Shown: one piece after another, positions 7,910-13,113 of the stretch | How the letters are laid out: every line of letters begins with the position of its first letter | Numbering within the stretch: position 1 is the first letter of the stretch | Assembly (NCBI GenBank): GCA_043228905.1 | Contig: JBHGNT010000995.1 | Location: 1 to 13,113, forward strand | Length of the DNA: 13,113 bases | Direction: 5' to 3' | DNA from: Azolla caroliniana | Taxonomy: Eukaryota > Plantae > Polypodiophyta | Notes under the pieces: model-generated | The model's database searches: none | Told to the model about the DNA's origin: nothing | Seen by the model: only the letters and a program-made list of their open reading frames with translations | Position numbers and translations under genes: made by a program

Positions 7910-10900
7910 TTAAATGAGCTGCCTGAGCACATACTGGAGTATTCCACCATGGTCAAAGTATGTTAACTCCACCTGTTCAAATGCAAGAAAATATTTCAGA
8001 AAATTGTTCAATACCAAAAATCTAATCGATTTTCGTTTGACACCATGAAGGTACGACTAAATCATAAGTCAATACTTCAATCAATTTTCTATACCAAAAC
8101 TTCACATATATTTGAGCCAATTTTGAGTAGCAAAGACGAGACCGAATCACTAAATAATGCTCTTTTGAGTTCATACCAAAAGCAACATCCAAAACAAGAA
8201 ATTAATTATTCAATATCAAGCACACCGAGAGATATCACCAATTCATATAAAAAAGCATTGAACCAAAACCAGAAGTCAATATTTCAGCACTCATTTTCAC
8301 TAACAAAAGGCAAGAACAAATCATTGAATATATCAAGCAAGAACAAATCATTAAATATCTCAAGCAAGAACACATCATTGAATATATCGAGTTAGGTTCC
8401 CAAAATTTACCTGTGTGTCAAATCGAAGGGTGCATGTAAAACTCTTTCCATTGTCGGTAACCACTTCGATATCCTGTCCAGGAGTAATTAACTTGATATC
8501 TGAGGGAAGATCTATTGTGTATCTCTCATAGCCTGTCAGGCCAAGGGATTCAGCATCCTGACCAGGTTTGAAACATAGGGGAATAATTCCCATTCCCACC
8601 AAGTTACTGCGATGTATACGCTCAAAACTCTTTGCAATCACAGCTTTAACTCCCTACCCCATATGTGCACACCAATTAGAAGATCGAAAAATTAAATAAA
8701 TATGCATGCATATTTAGTTTCATTACTACATGTCTCCTATTTACATCAAATATATATAATATACATATATACCTGAAGGTAAGGACCCTTTGCAGCCCAA
8801 TCCCTTGAGCTTCCACTACCATATTCTGCTCCTGCTAATATGATGGTATCAGCACCTTCAGCTTTGTATTTCTGGAAATAGAAGACAACTTTGTTAGCAG
8901 AGGCTTTCAAAAGTAGAGGAAAAAGAAGTCAATGGAAAATTTATGGCCTATACATCTCCCTTTACTTTTATTTGAGGTTGACAAAGATGTTTTGGGCAAA
9001 TAACAAAAACTAAGGGCATTTAGGAAAATAGAAGACGATTTATGAGATTTTCCCCATAATTATGACAATGCAAGGCCTAGAATAAGAATATAATGATGAT
9101 GATTTTCTATTCAACTTTCTCAAGCTGTTTTTCTTTACCATTGCACATCATAGACATATAGCTTCCCTCCAGACAGTACATGAATAGTATTGGGACCTAC
9201 TTCATTAGGGTGAAGTAGGTCCCAAGACTATTCATGTGTTGTACGGAGATTTTTCCTCATCGTAATGACAATGCAAGGCTTAGAATAAGAATATAACGAT
9301 GATGATTTTCTATTCAACTTTCTCAAGATGTTTTTTTTACCATTGCAGCAACGTAGACAGATATAACTTCTCACCGAACGGCACATGAATAGTTTCGGGA
9401 CCTACTTCACCCTAATGAAGTAGGTCCCAATACTATCATGTGCCATCCGGAGATATTTCCCCATAGTAATTGCAATGCAAGGCCTTGAATAAGAATATAA
9501 CGATGATAAATTTTCTATTCAACTTTCTCAAGCTGTTTTTTTTACCATTGCAGCATCGTAGACATATAGCTTCTCTCCGGACGGCACATGAATAGTCTTG
9601 GGACCTACTTCACCCTTCAAAAACCTATTGACAATGCGGATATTAGCAAATGTTCCTCGTGCCATTATCTCATCATTACCACGTCGGCTCCCATAGGAAT
9701 TAAAATCTCTTCGGTCTACTCCATGCTCAATTAAGTACTTTGCAGCAGGGCTGTCTTTGTGGATGTTACCAGCTGGAGATATATGATCAGTTGTGATACT
9801 ATCACCAAAGTTGAGCAAACAGTAAGCATCCTTCACTCCATGTGCTCCTGGAGGTTGAAGAGACATGGATTTGAAGAACGGTGGATCGTGAACGTATGTA
9901 GACTTCTCATCCCATAAATACAGAGCACCAGTAGGGGATGATAACTCATTCCACATAGGATTTCCGTTAGAGATAGATTCATAGGTAGATTTGAACATTT
10001 CGGGCAAGACAGATGATTCCATTACCTACAACATCCAATAAGTTTATATCACACACTACTATTTGCCCTTCAGTCTTTAAAGGAAAAATTTGTAAACCAG
10101 TTAAAACAAAGTATCTTACCTCAGTAATTTCCTCACTTGAAGGCCAGATATCGCTAAGGAAAACCTTTCGTCCATCTTCACCAGTACCAATAGGCTCCTT
10201 CTCAAAGTCAATATCAACCTAGTGTAGTGTCAAAAAAAATAGAACATTAAAATTGTAATAAGAATATTCTGAGAGTAGCAGTAGGTGCAGAAAAAGCATA
10301 CGTTATTTCATTCATACTCACAGTTCCTGCCAGAGCATATGCCACCACCAGAGGTGGAGACGCTAAGTAATTCGCCCGAGTTAATGGGTGCACCCTGCCC
10401 TCAAAATTACGATTTCCAGAAAGGACAGCCGCAGCAACGATATCTACACACATGTTCAGTTGTCATAAATATGCATAGAGAAATGGGTCATATAAATTTT
10501 ACTGAGATTTTTTCCTAAACCATTTTTGAATAAAGGGGCAGCATAAATTCTGCTGAGAAAAGAAAGTATAAAAAGTTACCGAGGAAAAATAAAAGCAGCA
10601 AAGTCAGGCTCCTCCTATGAAGGAGAACTATTTTTACCTTTATCGATTATGGCTTCCGCCACGGCCTCATGTATCTCTCCAGAATTTCCTATGCATGTAG
10701 TGCAGCCATAACCAACTAAACTGAAGCCTTGCAAATTTAAGAAATGGTCTAGCCCACTGTGAAAACAAGAAGCAGCTTATGTGAAATGAATAATGATGGT
10801 AATTTAGGAAATCTCTTAATTCCAGAAATCATAGAAACATTGGACAAAAGACCTCTTGTTCAAATATTTTGTTACGACTCCAGATCCAGGAGCTAGACTT

Positions 10901-12605
10901 GTCTTGATCCATGGTTTCACCTGCAATTTAATTATGAACAAATGAGTATGAATTTTCAAATTTCATTATATAAACAATACATAAAACGCAAAATGAGAAG
11001 AATGATTAATACCTTTAGACCCAATTCAAATGCTTTCTTTGCAACAAGTCCAGCTCCCAGCATGACACTGGGATTGGAAGTATTTGTACAGCTAGTGATA
11101 GCAGCTATCACAACATCTCCATGTCTTAATTCCTCAGGCTTCCCATCAAAAGAAAATCCTGCTACCAAGCCTTGTTTGTCCTTAGGAATGGCAAAACCCT
11201 GCAAAAATAAACATGAATGTATGAATCAATAAAATGCCCATAAATGTATTCGCTATAAATAATGAAATTGGAAGAATAAATGAGTATCTACTATCCATTA
11301 ATAAAATGGATAAATGTGTGACTTATATATTACATGAATATTTGGACGCTGAAACTATTATCACATTATAACATTTACCTTAAACCCGACTCTGCTGTCT
11401 AGGCAAGAGTGCCAATCATCCTTCATGTCCTTCAGTGAGACTCGATCATGAGGCCTGTACTAGATTGTTTATACCAATATTTTGGTAAACAAATATGCAA
11501 CTGCCAGGGGTCAATTATAACACATTTATACTTACCGTTTCGGTCCAGAAACGGATGGCTCTACACTCGCAAGATCAAGCTCAATGTATGATGAGTATTT
11601 CTTATCTACTGTAGGCTGTAAAAGTTTCAATGATGATAGCTCAAATGTCCATCACTTTTCTCAGATAAACAGTTGTGAACAGAAGAAACCTAAAAAGAGT
11701 TCTAAGAACAGATCAATAATCACCTCATTGTAATCAACAAATAGTTTGTTGGCACGTAAATAAGCCTCGATCATCTTGATCTATAAACACAATCAATACT
11801 AAGGCTATGAGTGACCAGACACACAAACAGGAAAGAAACTAACATAATTTGTACACTCAAAAACACATATAATATTAGAATTTAGATCATAGAAACGCCC
11901 ATCAGCAAAATTTTCACCTTTTCTTCATCTCTTCCTGTTAACCTCAGGTATTGTAAGGTAACATGGTCAACTGGGAAGAAACCCATTGTAGCTCCATACT
12001 CAGGAGACATATTTGCAATAGTGGCACGATCAGCTAGTGACAATGCAGACATTCCCTCACCTGCATTTTGGTACATGTCTTACATCATCCTTTAGCATTC
12101 TGCATTCTTATCACGCCTTATATCATGCTTTAGCATTACACAAACAGGAAGGATAATTCATTTTTGGTATCCCTAGGAAGGATGTGGTTTAGTTATACCG
12201 TAAAACTCAACGAATTTTCCAACCACGCCATGTTTCCTAAGCATTTGGGTCACTGTAAGCACTAAATCAGTTGCTGTAACCCCTGTCTGCAATTTTCCAT
12301 TCAGCTTAAAACCCACAACACCAGGAAGGACCATACTCATAGGCTGTGCAAGAAAAATGTACATTTAATCATTTTGAATCTACAAATCCAAACCCCAAGA
12401 GTACATTACATGAAAAAACAATAAGCAACCAGTAGAGACTAACTTGACCAAGCATTGTTGCCTCTGCTTCAATACCACCAACTCCCCATCCTGCAACCCC
12501 AAGTCCATCTATCATCGTGGTGTGTGAATCAGTTCCAACAAGACTATCAGGATAAAGAATTCCATCAGTGTTAAACACCACTCTAGCCAGATATTCGAGA
12601 TTCAC
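7910..12605 (-). CDS. ACO: Aconitate hydratase (aconitase, AcnA/IRP1 family); 5'-partial, 713 aa visible
   Basis: Manually spliced on -. Exons: 12605-12444, 12343-12199, 12060-11918, 11780-11724, 11615-11536, 11454-11379, 11198-11013, 10920-10853, 10756-10638, 10443-10322, 10218-10120, 10025-9546, 8871-8773, 8653-8411, 7972-7910 (TAA 7912-7910). All are GT-AG with an open frame. Conserved motifs: [20 protein letters not shown] and [12 protein letters not shown] (three Fe-S Cys), [40 protein letters not shown]-terminal [13 protein letters not shown]. Confidence 0.97.
8310..8390. repeat. 27-bp minisatellite x3 in the last aconitase intron
   Basis: GCAAGAACAAATCATTGAATATATCAA at 8310-8336, 8337-8363 and 8364-8390, with 2 substitutions per copy relative to the first. 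Confidence 0.92.
9167..9248. other. Exon-derived hairpin 1 (38-bp stem, 6-nt loop TTAGGG on +)
   Basis: Arms 9167-9204 and 9211-9248, loop 9205-9210. The inner 27 bp have one mismatch (9189/9226); there are 5 non-Watson-Crick positions in total. Confidence 0.92.
9371..9453. other. Exon-derived hairpin 2 (~38-bp stem, 6-nt loop CCCTAA on +)
   Basis: Arms 9371-9409 and 9416-9453, loop 9410-9415. The inner 13 bp are perfect; there is one bulge and a few mismatches further out. Confidence 0.9.
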
Positions 12606-13113
12606 CTGTTCATTATAATAGTTAGTGATCTTGAATTGTAGGTAAAACATCTGGAAAGGATTTTTACAAGATTTGATTTGAAATCTTGTAAATGGACACC
12701 AAGGGAAAGTTACACAAACACAATTTTGTACATAACTTTGATGAGTTCTGTAAATAATGAAAAGGATTTGTATAACTCGTTGATTTTTCAATACAAGTAT
12801 ATTAATGGTGAATTAGGGTCCGCAAATTTTGTGCAGAGCAGGCTATTACAATTTGTGAAAAAGCCACAATTATCTCACTCAAATTCATTTAGTACTCATG
12901 GTTTGCTGATGACCTATAGGCCAAAACACTTCTTGAACTTATTATCCTAAGTCAAAAAATTAAATCCAAGTGCATATATGAACAATGGGATACAAACATC
13001 ATGCTATTGCAAAGTTTATTAGATTCTTTCAGTTATCATGATTTGCAGTAAAAAACCTTATAAACTCCTGAACTAAGTCACTCCAATTTATCAAGTAATA
13101 ACAGGAATGTCTT

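Larger units (their letters stand above)
9044..9616. repeat. ~203-bp tandem triplication of an aconitase exon end plus 5' intron, with interleaved inverted copies
   Basis: Units start with GAGAT at 9044, 9246 and 9450. Each carries near-identical CAATGCAAGGC..GAATAAGAATATAA, TTTTCTATTCAACTTTCTCAAG, TTTACCATTGCA and ACATGAATAGT...GGGACCTACTTCA. The third unit runs into the real exon (9546 onward). The first two end in an inverted copy of the exon segment. Confidence 0.95.

Noticed and set aside
8045-8395. 116-aa plus-strand ORF
   Set aside because: Antisense inside an aconitase intron. It is low complexity, and its repeated KNKSLNISS comes from the 27-bp minisatellite.
9020-9036. Near-copy of the 8872-8886 acceptor pyrimidine tract
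   Set aside because: Only ~13 nt long and ends in TAA rather than AG on -, so it is not a usable acceptor.
9205-9210. TTAGGG loop as a telomere-repeat insertion
   Set aside because: It is a single hexamer whose GGG/CCC derives from the exon. There is no telomeric array, so coincidence is likely.
9205-9415. Hairpins as iron-responsive elements (aconitase is an IRP1 homologue)
   Set aside because: The loops are UUAGGG/CCCUAA rather than CAGUGN, there is no C bulge 5 bp below the loop, and the location is intronic. The stems are fully explained by exon duplication.
10013-11232. Plus-strand ORFs at 10013, 10285 and 10942
   Set aside because: Antisense shadows of aconitase exons.

Overview
Eukaryotic nuclear DNA, most likely land plant (short AT-rich GT-AG introns, plant-type proteins). 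It holds the 3' parts of two convergent multi-exon genes. On + is a divergent organellar-type HSP90 (HSP90-5/-6 clade; 9 exons, 49-2145). On - is an intact aconitate hydratase (AcnA/IRP1 family; 15 exons, 12605-7910). The ~5.76 kb between them contains a ~172-175 bp degenerate tandem repeat, a probable LTR with polypurine tract, and decayed TE-like coding remnants. The most unusual element lies in the aconitase intron 8872-9545. The end of the preceding exon and its 5' splice site have been triplicated with interleaved inverted copies (X-Y-Y'-X-Y-Y'-X-Y). This produces two ~38-bp hairpins made of aconitase coding sequence, including a 32-nt perfect antisense match to the host mRNA. The two 6-nt loops are reverse complements of each other (TTAGGG/CCCTAA). 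In one orientation the loop creates a TAG acceptor for a 71-nt pseudo-exon that would form a TGA stop at its junction with the next exon. The structure is read directly from the sequence; any function is inference.
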